The position numbers and the translations under genes were made by a program. Below are positions 16,060 to 24,702 of a stretch of DNA of 32,000 bases, piece by piece. This stretch comes from Geotalea daltonii FRC-32 (GTDB taxonomy: Bacteria > Desulfobacterota > Desulfuromonadia > Geobacterales > Geobacteraceae), in the NCBI RefSeq assembly GCF_000022265.1, contig NC_011979.1, positions 120,001 to 152,000 of the forward strand. Direction: 5' to 3'. Each line of letters opens with the position of its first letter. Positions within the stretch are counted from its first letter, which is position 1. The notes beneath the pieces are model-generated. The model was not told the DNA's origin. It saw nothing but the letters and a program-made list of their open reading frames with translations, and did no database searches.

Positions 16060-17790
16060 CTAGAAATTCCAGAACGCATCGATTTCCTCATCGGTAAAAT
16101 CCCACACGGCATTGTGGGGTGGAAGCGGTTCCCTGAAGAACTCCGGCAGCCGATCATCCTTGTTGGTGAAACCGGCCGCCAGATTGAAGGCACGCTCGGT
16201 CTTCAAGGTATTGACCCCCAGGCCGCCAATCCAGTCTGGGGTAAGCTCCAGGCCGAAGCGGGCATTGAGCATGTCGAGCAAAGCCGGGACGCAGGTGGGA
16301 ATATCTGCTGCGGGAAAACCTATGAATAGGCAGAGGCCGATGGAGTCGAGCATGACGGTGACGATCTGCAGGTGACGGGACAACTCAACTTGACCATCCT
16401 TCTTCAAGGGATCGACAATGCCTCCACCGACACCCATCAGATTGGTGGCGACGGCATAGCCCATCGTGTGGTCTGCACCCATGGTGCTGGTGGCGTAGGT
16501 GATGCCGATACCCTTGATAGATCGGGGGTCATAGGCAGGAATGGCCTGGTTTTTCACCACCGGTACCCGTGTGACGCCGTATACCTTGCCCACATGACCG
16601 GCGCCGCTGCCGATGATCCGGCCGAGGGGTGTCCCCTTACCGATATCTTCCTTCAGGATGCGGAGTACCCCTTCACCGTCGCCGAAAGGGAGCACTCCTG
16701 CCTCCATGGCTACGCCGAAAGCGATCGAGGTCTCGATGGAATCGACGCCGATGTCGTCCATGATACTGTCGGCAGTCGCAATCTGGTCAAGATCGCCAAG
16801 ACCGGCGTTGGCTCCCAGTGTTTCAATGGTCTCATACTCGAAGCCGGAGGTGACGTAATTGCCCTGCTTGTCGTGGTAGACCTGGGAGCATTGGATGATG
16901 CAGCCAGGCTGGCAGCCATGCTTCGGTTTGCCACCGCGCTCGATGATGGTTTCCCGCAAAGTCTCGCCGGAGATCTTCTCGTGCCCTTCGTAACGACCAT
17001 AGGTAAAGTTGCGGGTGGGAAGTCCCCCTGCCTCGTTGACGATGTTGACCATTTCCGCGGTGCCGAAGGTGGGCAGCCCCTGGCCGGTCCCTGGGTGTTC
17101 GAGGATGGCCTTGGCAAAGACCCTGGCGGCGGTGGTGAATTTTGTCGGATCGGCCAGCTTGATGCCGGGGGCATCGCTGTCGTCGATGGAAATAAACTTG
17201 ATCCTCTTCGAGCCCATTACCGCTCCAAGGCCGCCACGGCCGTGGCTGCGCAGCTTGCTGTCCGAGTCCTTCACCGAGATGTTGGCGGCCAGCATCTTCA
17301 TCTCGCCAGCCGGGCCGATGGTGATGACCCCTGTTTTCTTGCCGAGCCTCTTTTCAAGGGTTTCGACGACGGCAAAATTCCCCTTGCCGATCAGCTCCGA
17401 CTCTTCGGCGATGGATACTCCATCCTTGTTGACGTGCAGGCTGTGCCAGTTGTTTCCTTTGGGCAGACCTTCAATGATCAGCGCCTTGATCCCCAGGCGG
17501 GCGAACATCTGGGCGGCCAACCCGCCGGCATTGCTTTCCTTGATAGTGCCGGTGAGGGGGCTTTTGGCGCCTGCGGAAAAGCGCCCGCTGTTAGCGGCAG
17601 TGGTGCCGCTCAACAGTCCAGGGGCAAAGACCAGCTTGTTGTTTTCCCCAAGGGGGTGGCAGGTGGGGGGAACCTCCTTGGCCACGATGGTGGAAGTCAG
17701 GGCGCGACCGCCGAGAGCTGCCCATTCCTTTGGTACCGATTCGGTGCCGGTGGTGAGAGTCGTCATGTTGACGCGAAGGATCTTGTTCAT
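16060..17790 (-). CDS. aor: Aldehyde:ferredoxin oxidoreductase family (tungsten/molybdopterin-containing AOR)
   Basis: 576 aa. AOR_N-like N-terminus (ILRVNMTT..GGRALTS..LGENNKLVFAPGLLSG..SGRFSAGAKSPLTG). Central Cys cluster CQPGCIIQC. Confidence 0.85.
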   Translation of the reverse strand: MNKILRVNMTTLTTGTESVPKEWAALGGRALTSTIVAKEVPPTCHPLGENNKLVFAPGLLSGTTAANSGRFSAGAKSPLTGTIKESNAGGLAAQMFARLGIKALIIEGLPKGNNWHSLHVNKDGVSIAEESELIGKGNFAVVETLEKRLGKKTGVITIGPAGEMKMLAANISVKDSDSKLRSHGRGGLGAVMGSKRIKFISIDDSDAPGIKLADPTKFTTAARVFAKAILEHPGTGQGLPTFGTAEMVNIVNEAGGLPTRNFTYGRYEGHEKISGETLRETIIERGGKPKHGCQPGCIIQCSQVYHDKQGNYVTSGFEYETIETLGANAGLGDLDQIATADSIMDDIGVDSIETSIAFGVAMEAGVLPFGDGEGVLRILKEDIGKGTPLGRIIGSGAGHVGKVYGVTRVPVVKNQAIPAYDPRSIKGIGITYATSTMGADHTMGYAVATNLMGVGGGIVDPLKKDGQVELSRHLQIVTVMLDSIGLCLFIGFPAADIPTCVPALLDMLNARFGLELTPDWIGGLGVNTLKTERAFNLAAGFTNKDDRLPEFFREPLPPHNAVWDFTDEEIDAFWNF

Positions 17791-17934
17791 GGGGAGTCTC
17801 CCTTTCAGTGATTATTTGCAGTCTCCTTTCCGAAAGGGAGGTCCGGCCGTTTCCGGCCCGGCCTGCAGGCCTCCATGCCGTGGGGTTTGACGCCCTTTAG
17901 GCAATGGAGGCTCGGAGACTTGTTTTGTCATACG

Positions 17935-18702
17935 TTAGTGGAACGACAGGCCGCCGTCATGGACGATCATTTGGCCGGTGATGAAGGCGCTGTCGTCGCT
18001 GGCGAGGAAGAGCGCCAGGCCGACCAGGTCCTCCGGCACCGCTTCCCGCTTCAGGCAGCGAGCCTGGAGTTGGAGCTCTTCCAGGGGGGGCAGATCCAGC
18101 TTCTTGTTCTTGTCGAAATTGTTGCCGCCGTCGGAATGGGTGAAGCCGGGGGCAATTGTGTTGACGTTGATCTTGTAATCACCCATCTCACGGGCCATTG
18201 AGCGGGTAAGGGCCATGATGGCGCCCTTGGATGCCACATAATGGGGCATGCCGGGAACCCCTTCATTGATGGATGAGGAACCGATGTTGATGATCTTGCC
18301 CCCCTTGGCCTTCATGTGGGGAAATACCGCCTTCATGCAGTTGAACTGGCCGAGGACGTTGATCTCCAGGACCTTCATGAATTCCTGGGAGGTACATTCG
18401 GTAAACGGTTTCAAGACAATGCTTCCGAAGATGGCAGCGTTGTTGAGCAGTATGTCCACCGAGCCGAATTTTTCCTGGGCCGCCTTGGCCATGGCATCGC
18501 ACTGCTCCTGGTTGCTGACATCGGTTTTGACGTAAATGGCGTCGCTGCCAGCCTTTTTCACTGCCTCCACCGCCTTCTGCCCGTCAAGGACATCGGCAAT
18601 GACGATCTTTGCCCCTTCTTTCGCCAGGCCCACCGCGTATGCCGCACCGATTCCCTGTGCCCCCCCGGTGATGATGGCAACCTTTCCTGATAGTCTTCCC
18701 AT
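17935..18702 (-). CDS. Short-chain dehydrogenase/reductase (candidate benzyl-alcohol-type or acyl-CoA dehydrogenase)
   Basis: TGGAQGIGAA, NNAA and YVASK motifs. 255 aa. Confidence 0.8.
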   Translation of the reverse strand: MGRLSGKVAIITGGAQGIGAAYAVGLAKEGAKIVIADVLDGQKAVEAVKKAGSDAIYVKTDVSNQEQCDAMAKAAQEKFGSVDILLNNAAIFGSIVLKPFTECTSQEFMKVLEINVLGQFNCMKAVFPHMKAKGGKIINIGSSSINEGVPGMPHYVASKGAIMALTRSMAREMGDYKINVNTIAPGFTHSDGGNNFDKNKKLDLPPLEELQLQARCLKREAVPEDLVGLALFLASDDSAFITGQMIVHDGGLSFH

Positions 18703-18747
18703 GGTCTTTCTCCTTTATGCATATTTGGACTTCATTTCTTTTACTGA

Positions 18748-18823
18748 TTAGCGTCATTCTTCCGCCCGATGACCAAGTCCCCCTTTATAAAGGGGGGAAC
18801 TAGTGACGGAAGATTAGCGCTGA
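18748..18823. repeat. Intergenic palindrome with G/C runs
   Basis: Core TCCCCCTTTATAAAGGGGGGA (18778-18798). Outer arms TCTTCCG / CGGAAGA. GATTAGCG occurs on both sides. Confidence 0.6.
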
Positions 18824-18844
18824 TGCTTTTTGTTGTTCCGCTGC

Positions 18845-19936
18845 TCATGCCGCCTGCTCCTGCTTATAGATGGACAGCGCCTCTTCGTTGTTGAAATATC
18901 GCATGGCCGCGTCGGCCAGGGCTTCCATCTCGTTTTCGCCCGGATTGAGAAGAACGGGAGCAATGAATGAGATTTTTTTTTGCAGGCTGTTCAGCAGCAT
19001 CTTTGAATACACCAAACTTCCTGTCAGGGCGATGGCGTCTACTTCCCCTTCAAGTACCGCGGCGCAGGCGCCGATCTCCTTGGCTACCTGATAGATCATT
19101 GCCTCGTAGACCTGGGCTGCCTTCTGGTCTCCCGCGGCGATTCGCCGCTCGATCTCCTGGGCATCGGTGGTCCCCAGATAGGCATAGAGACCGCCGCCAC
19201 CGGTGAGCATTTTCAGCACTTCCTTCTTGCTGTACTCGCCGCTGAAGCAGAGTTTGACCAAATCGCCGGCGGGAAGCGATCCTGCCCGCTCCGGCGAAAA
19301 CGGGCCGTCACCGTCGAGGGCATTGTTGACATCTATGATCTTCCCTCTGCGGTGGGCTCCCACTGAAATCCCGCCACCCAGATGGGTGACGATCAGGTTC
19401 GCCTCCTCATATTTTTTACCCAGCTCGGCGGCAATTTTCCGGGCAGTTGCCTTCTGGTTCAGGGCATGGAAGCTGCTCTGCCTGCTGATCTGGGGGATGC
19501 CGCTGTACCTGGCCGAAGTGCACAACTCATCGGTCATGGGGGGGTCGGCAGTGAGCACCGGAATGTTGAACTGGTTTCCCAGGTCGAAGGCGACCAGCCC
19601 CCCGACATTGATGGGGTGTCCGCCGTAGATGCCGCTCTTCATGTCCTCGATCATTTTAGGGCAGATCCGGTAGATGCCGCCGGGAAGGGGCCTCACATTG
19701 CCACCCCGACAGGCGATGGCGTCCATTTCTCCCATGGATAGATCATTGTCCTGCAGAACCTTGAAGATGGCGTCCCGGCGAAAATCATATTGGTCCCAGA
19801 TGGTGGGAAACTTCCGCAACTCGGCGTCGTCATGTTTTACCGACTGGTTGATGACCATTTTCCCCTGGGTGAAAACGCCGATTTTGGTTGAAGTGGAACC
19901 AGGATTAACAATCAGTATTTTCTTGTCCGTTGTCAT
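18845..19936 (-). CDS. buk: Butyrate kinase (acetate/butyrate kinase family)
   Basis: MTTDKKILIVNPGSTSTKIGVF N-terminus and HLGGGISVGAH motif typical of Buk. Start at 19936 behind GGGAGA (the ORF track starts at 19987). Confidence 0.85.
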   Translation of the reverse strand: MTTDKKILIVNPGSTSTKIGVFTQGKMVINQSVKHDDAELRKFPTIWDQYDFRRDAIFKVLQDNDLSMGEMDAIACRGGNVRPLPGGIYRICPKMIEDMKSGIYGGHPINVGGLVAFDLGNQFNIPVLTADPPMTDELCTSARYSGIPQISRQSSFHALNQKATARKIAAELGKKYEEANLIVTHLGGGISVGAHRRGKIIDVNNALDGDGPFSPERAGSLPAGDLVKLCFSGEYSKKEVLKMLTGGGGLYAYLGTTDAQEIERRIAAGDQKAAQVYEAMIYQVAKEIGACAAVLEGEVDAIALTGSLVYSKMLLNSLQKKISFIAPVLLNPGENEMEALADAAMRYFNNEEALSIYKQEQAA

Positions 19937-19989
19937 GTTCTCCCTCGCTTGATTGCGTTTTGTAAAAATTAGGCGCCGGTTCTGCATCC

Positions 19990-20907
19990 TCAGAAGGAAT
20001 AAATCAGGTCTACCCAGAGCTGGTTTGCTTCGATGCGGTTTTCGGCGGAAATCGGCACCACGTATTTGCCCACAAGGCCGAACTTGCCGTTCTGGTAGCG
20101 CATGGCCGGGCCCATGGAGAACTCGAAGTCCTTGGTGTCATGCCGTTTCACGCCGCCGATCTCGTCGCTTTCCAGCCCCTGCCAGATCCAGCCGGTGACG
20201 CCGAGTTTAAAATCCTTGGTCAGGGCGTAGTTGACGTTGTAGTCCATGTGTATCGCCTGGCCGGTCTTATAGCCTTTGAGTAGGGTGCCCGGTTCCACAT
20301 AATCGCCGTTCTTGGTGGGAATGGAGTACATGAGCTTGGCGCTGGTTTCGAAGCCGTTGGCAAAGAGACCGGTTACGGCTACCACCGGTTCGATGACGAA
20401 GGCATTATTGCCGGCATTCATGGGCTTGTTAGGATCGAAATGGCCGGTGGGGGTAATGATGTCCAATACCGTCAGCCAGTGCCAGACCGGAGTGTGCCAG
20501 GCATTGCCTATACCGAAGTAGATATCTCCCAGACCGCCGTCATGCCCTTGTACGGTGATTGGCCCGCCAGGTGTCTGTGCGGTTACGTTAGCCTCCATTG
20601 ACAGCAGGGGAATGATGGAGTGGAACAGAAGGTTGCCGCCGAGAAGTCCCTTTTCCGCCACGTAGATCGGACGGAAGGCGAGGGCGGTAAGCGTTCCGGT
20701 CCCGTCCGTTAATCCCTGTCCCTTGTTTTCCACTTTTCTTATGTCCATATAGACGTTGTAGTCGATGAGGTGCAGCCCCGGAGGGGGGGCGGCGCCGGCG
20801 TAGAAGTCAGCCGTACCGTTGAAAGAACTTGAATTGAATGCCCAGGCCGGCTGGAGCAGAACGAGCGTTGCCAAGCAAACAAAAACCAAACCTTTTACCA
20901 GCTTCAT
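19990..20907 (-). CDS. Outer-membrane beta-barrel channel, probably the 'MetA-pathway of phenol degradation' transporter family
   Basis: Sec signal MKLVKGLVFVCLATLVLLQPAWA, alternating beta-strand pattern and a C-terminal ...DLIYSF aromatic terminus. Confidence 0.6.
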   Translation of the reverse strand: MKLVKGLVFVCLATLVLLQPAWAFNSSSFNGTADFYAGAAPPPGLHLIDYNVYMDIRKVENKGQGLTDGTGTLTALAFRPIYVAEKGLLGGNLLFHSIIPLLSMEANVTAQTPGGPITVQGHDGGLGDIYFGIGNAWHTPVWHWLTVLDIITPTGHFDPNKPMNAGNNAFVIEPVVAVTGLFANGFETSAKLMYSIPTKNGDYVEPGTLLKGYKTGQAIHMDYNVNYALTKDFKLGVTGWIWQGLESDEIGGVKRHDTKDFEFSMGPAMRYQNGKFGLVGKYVVPISAENRIEANQLWVDLIYSF

Positions 20908-20938
20908 GTGAGCCTCCTGTAACTGCTATTGAAAGAAA

Positions 20939-22504
20939 TCAGCCTAATGTGATGCCGGATTTGCCCGGTGCCAGGATGTTGTTCGGGTCCAGTGCCTTTT
21001 TGATGGTGCGGTTGAGTCTGGCCATGGCCGGACCGTAGGAATCGGAAACCTTGTTCATGAAAGCGGTGTTGGTGCGGTTGATCGCCCAGCCATGCTTGAT
21101 GAAGGATCCCACCAACTCGTCGTAGCATTTATAGGCACGCTTCGATTCAGCCGGATCAGCGTTGTTGAAACGTAAGTCCATGACGTGGCGTGCATCGCGC
21201 CAGAAGAAGCTGAACTCGCTGAGATAATCGAAGCCATGCCGGTTGATGATTTCGGTGGCCACCTTGACCTGCTGTGCGCATTCGGCCGGGCGGGCCGCTG
21301 CAGTGGGGCAGAAGAGCATTGAGCCGCCGCCGGCGCGCCATTTGTCAAGGGGGTTCTGCTGGGTAACGCCCCCCATCATCAACTGTTTTCGATATTCGAA
21401 GACCGGGTCTCCCTTGGCCTCCTTTTCGGTAATGATCTGAATCTTGTTGCCGAAGGCCTGCTTGAAGGTGCCGGATACATACATCCAGTTCAGTGCCACC
21501 TGCTCGGGAGAGCCGTAGACGGCGCCGTAAAGATTCCAGGCCCCGACCCGGTAGCTGTCCATGAGCTTTTTAGTGGGAACCGGGCCTCCGCCGTTTCTCA
21601 CGAAGCTGCCGTTGCTTTTCCCATTGGCACTGAAGACGGTTGCCGCTTCCCAGCCGGCATTGACCAGTGCAGCGGCATTGGGCACGATCTGGGTTTCACG
21701 CAGAAACATGAGGGGTTTGATGATCTCGCTGATCATTTCCACCTTCGGGAATTTGATGCAGAATGGCATGTACCCTCCGGGAGGAGGCGCCCCCATCAGC
21801 CAGGTGCCGAGCTTGGTGACGATGCCGTTATTCCCCTGGGAGAAGAGCCCATCAACATAGGGGCCAAATCCCCATTTGAACACCTGCCAGCTGGTCGATT
21901 TGGGAATCCCTCCCATGCCGGTCCGGAACAGGTTGCCATCGGCAAGCACCACTTCCATTCCACAGGAGAAGAGGAAATCTTCACTATAGGGAGTGTAGCC
22001 GGCGCCACGCTCCAGAATGTTTCCGACGACGCTCATCCCAGCGGCAGAGGCCGGGGCATCGAGCCAGAGATCGATTTTGTTATTCTTCAGGTACTGCTGC
22101 AGCTCGCCGTAGGTTACCCCCGGTTCCACCAGGCAGTAGCCCAGTTCCTTGTCGACCTCGATTACCTTTTTCATGTTCTTGAGATCGAGAACGATCTGGC
22201 CGTTCGTTGCCGGGGTTGCGCCGCCATAGCCCTCGTTCTCGCCGCCGTAATAGGTCCAGAGCGGCGTTTTGAACTTGTTGGCAATCTTGACGATTCGCTG
22301 AATATCGTTTGGCGCAGAGGGGTAGATCACCGCGGAAGGTTTACGGGACGTCCCGTTTTCGGCGATGGTGGTCCTCATATAGGGCTGCAGGGAAGCCTGA
22401 TCGGTCCGGACCTTGTTTTCCCCCAGAAGAGAGCGATACTCCCTGATGGCTCTGGCGAATATTTCTTCTTTCAATCCCTGGGGAAGTGCAATAAAGCTGC
22501 TCAT
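20939..22504 (-). CDS. pcmJ: p-Cresol methylhydroxylase flavoprotein paralogue (alpha-prime; VAO/PCMH FAD-linked oxidase) lacking the flavinylation Tyr
   Basis: 521 aa, collinear with the upstream paralogue, no signal peptide. Asp387 (codon 21344-21346) aligns with the paralogue's Tyr394. GAGGAGG RBS. Confidence 0.8.
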   Translation of the reverse strand: MSSFIALPQGLKEEIFARAIREYRSLLGENKVRTDQASLQPYMRTTIAENGTSRKPSAVIYPSAPNDIQRIVKIANKFKTPLWTYYGGENEGYGGATPATNGQIVLDLKNMKKVIEVDKELGYCLVEPGVTYGELQQYLKNNKIDLWLDAPASAAGMSVVGNILERGAGYTPYSEDFLFSCGMEVVLADGNLFRTGMGGIPKSTSWQVFKWGFGPYVDGLFSQGNNGIVTKLGTWLMGAPPPGGYMPFCIKFPKVEMISEIIKPLMFLRETQIVPNAAALVNAGWEAATVFSANGKSNGSFVRNGGGPVPTKKLMDSYRVGAWNLYGAVYGSPEQVALNWMYVSGTFKQAFGNKIQIITEKEAKGDPVFEYRKQLMMGGVTQQNPLDKWRAGGGSMLFCPTAAARPAECAQQVKVATEIINRHGFDYLSEFSFFWRDARHVMDLRFNNADPAESKRAYKCYDELVGSFIKHGWAINRTNTAFMNKVSDSYGPAMARLNRTIKKALDPNNILAPGKSGITLG

Positions 22505-22612
22505 GTGGATGCCTCCTCGACTTTAAGCGTCTGTTTCTCTCCGGCAAGGGCGCCGGCTGGGCTTTGCCGACAGTGGCCGATTTCGGCCTCTGTCATTGCT
22601 CCCGATTCCCGG

Positions 22613-24262
22613 TCACGGGACATCAAGCGGTCTGCCGTGGTTGAGTCCTTCGTTGAAGGCATAGCCGGGATTGTGGGGGTTAAGATCTATTCCCGATTTG
22701 CCTGGCGCCAGAATATTGTTGGGATCAAGCGCCCTTTTCAACCGGTAATGGATGTCGCGCATCCCCGGGCCATAGGAATGGGAAACCTTGTCCATGAAGG
22801 CGGTATTGGTTCGGTAGGTGCCCCAGCCGTTATTGGTGAAGACGGTCAGAAGCTCATCGAAGCACTTGTAGGCCTTGTTCATTTCTTCTCTGTCGGTACG
22901 ATCATAGAGGAGATCGATAATATGGTGCATGTCCCGCCAGCCGACGATGAACTCCGAAACATAGTCGAAGCCGTACTTGTTCAGAACTTCGGTGGCCAGT
23001 CTCATCTGCCTGTCGCATTCCGATGGCCTGGCTGCCGCCACCGGGGCGAACCACATGGAACCGCCACCCCCCCGCCAGTTATAGAGACCGAACTCCTGAA
23101 GGGTGCTGCCCCCCATCATCAGCTGCCGGCGATATTCGAAAATGGGGTCGTCCTTGGCTTCCTTCTCGGTAATTATCCTGACCTGGTTGCCGAACTTGGC
23201 CTTGAAGGCACCGGAAACATACTTCCAGTTGAGGGCCACCTGCTCCGGAGATCCATAGACGGCGGCGTAGAAATTCCATGCCCCCACGTCATACTTGTCC
23301 ATGATCTGCTGGAATACCTTGGGGGGAAGGCTGTCTTTCCCCTTGTAGAACGTTTCCCGATTGGTCCCCTTGCCGTTTTTGTCATAGGTGAAGTAACCGG
23401 CTGCCTCCCAACCGGCATTGACGACGATGCAGGCATTGGGGATGATCTGGGCCAGGCGGAGCGGCATCAGGGTCTTGATGATGTCGGCCAGCATCTCCAC
23501 CTTGGGGAACTTCATAAGGAAGGGGAAATAGCCCCCTGGAGGAGGGCCCTTCATCAGCCAGACCCCGAGTTTGGTGAGGATGCCGTAGTTGGACTGGGTA
23601 AAGATGCCGTCAACATAGGGGCCATAGCCCCATTTGTTGGCCTGCCAGCTGGTGGAGTTGGGGACCCCGCCGGTGCCGGTACGAATGACATCGCCATTGG
23701 CCAGCACCACCTCCATGCCACAGGAGAAGAGGAAATGCTCGCCGTAGGGGGTATAGCCGACCCCTCGATCGGCGGTGTTGCCCATGGGGCTGGCCATGGC
23801 CGAGGGGGCCGGAACATCGACCCACAGGTTCATCTTGTGTTTCTTGAAGTGCTGCTGCAGGTCGTAGTAGGTCACCCCCGGCTCCACCAGGCAGTATCCC
23901 AACTCTTCATCCACATGAATGATCTTCTTCATGGTTTTCAGGTCGAGTACGATCTGGCCCCGGGTCGCCGGTGCTGAAGATCCATAGCCCATGTTCTTGC
24001 CGGTGCTGACGGTCCAAAGGGGTGTCTTGTACTTGTTGGCGATGGCGACGATGGCCTGAATCTCTTTGACCGTTTTCGGGTACATGGCCGCAGAAGGTTT
24101 ATGCAGTTCTTCACTTTCCGGAATCATGATCTTCATATAGGACTGCAGGGAAGCCGGGTCGGTGCGGACCCTTCCCTCGCCCAATAGTGCGCGATATTCC
24201 TGGATTGCTTTAGCGAATGTTGCTTCTGACACTCCCTGGGGAAGCGCAACGAAACGACTCAT
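22613..24262 (-). CDS. pcmI: p-Cresol methylhydroxylase flavoprotein subunit (alpha)
   Basis: 549 aa of VAO/PCMH family with an FAD_binding_4 N-domain. FGLY(394)NWRGGGGS (Tyr codon 23081-23083) matches the covalent 8-alpha-O-tyrosyl-FAD site known for PCMH. No signal peptide. Confidence 0.85.
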   Translation of the reverse strand: MSRFVALPQGVSEATFAKAIQEYRALLGEGRVRTDPASLQSYMKIMIPESEELHKPSAAMYPKTVKEIQAIVAIANKYKTPLWTVSTGKNMGYGSSAPATRGQIVLDLKTMKKIIHVDEELGYCLVEPGVTYYDLQQHFKKHKMNLWVDVPAPSAMASPMGNTADRGVGYTPYGEHFLFSCGMEVVLANGDVIRTGTGGVPNSTSWQANKWGYGPYVDGIFTQSNYGILTKLGVWLMKGPPPGGYFPFLMKFPKVEMLADIIKTLMPLRLAQIIPNACIVVNAGWEAAGYFTYDKNGKGTNRETFYKGKDSLPPKVFQQIMDKYDVGAWNFYAAVYGSPEQVALNWKYVSGAFKAKFGNQVRIITEKEAKDDPIFEYRRQLMMGGSTLQEFGLYNWRGGGGSMWFAPVAAARPSECDRQMRLATEVLNKYGFDYVSEFIVGWRDMHHIIDLLYDRTDREEMNKAYKCFDELLTVFTNNGWGTYRTNTAFMDKVSHSYGPGMRDIHYRLKRALDPNNILAPGKSGIDLNPHNPGYAFNEGLNHGRPLDVP

Positions 24263-24285
24263 CTTCTACCTCCTCGCAAATCGGA

Positions 24286-24702
24286 TTACATCTGTGCGGA
24301 AAAGGTCACCCGATTCCGTTCTTCGTATTTAACGTAGTGGAAGCTGCCGCCGCTGTCGGCGATCGCTTCGTGGACAATGGCGAAGGTCGCCGGGTCAACC
24401 ACCCCGACAAAGGTATTGGCATTGCCCCTGGCCTCTTCATAGAGGTTCTTCGTTTCCAGATAGCAGTCCACCATTTCTCCCGGTAGCGGGCGGGCTGTCC
24501 ATTCGCCGGGGGCATTTCTGTTCATCTCCTCCACGAATTCGCTCGCTTTGCCCAGGCTGGGGACGTAAAGGCAGATACCTTTGATCTGACCGGTGTTTAC
24601 AGCTTCGGCGACATGGGTCTGACTGCCCATGGTGGAGGCTGCCAGGGCCGCCCCGGCGGTGAAAACGGTCTTGAAAAATCCTCTTCTGCTCTGGTTGATC
24701 AT
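24286..24702 (-). CDS. Small twin-arginine-signal protein of unknown function (no cofactor motif)
   Basis: MINQSRRGFFKTVFTAGAALAASTMGSQTHVAEA is a canonical S-R-R-x-F-F-K Tat signal. The start ATG overlaps the stop of the upstream cytochrome c gene (ATGA at 24699-24702). Probably pcmH. Confidence 0.7.
   Translation of the reverse strand: MINQSRRGFFKTVFTAGAALAASTMGSQTHVAEAVNTGQIKGICLYVPSLGKASEFVEEMNRNAPGEWTARPLPGEMVDCYLETKNLYEEARGNANTFVGVVDPATFAIVHEAIADSGGSFHYVKYEERNRVTFSAQM

Noticed and set aside
17816-17833. Weak minus-strand sigma54-like element (CGGAAA-GGAGA-CTGCA) about 25 nt upstream of the aor start.
   Set aside because: The -24 half matches only the GG dinucleotide. The element also overlaps a stem-loop and the RBS region. 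That is not enough to call a promoter.
19971-19987. Plus-strand AGGCGC-CGGTT-CTGCAT with sigma54-like GG-N10-GC spacing.
   Set aside because: It points into the 3' end of the minus-strand outer-membrane protein gene. There is no plus-strand gene downstream, so it is most likely a chance match.
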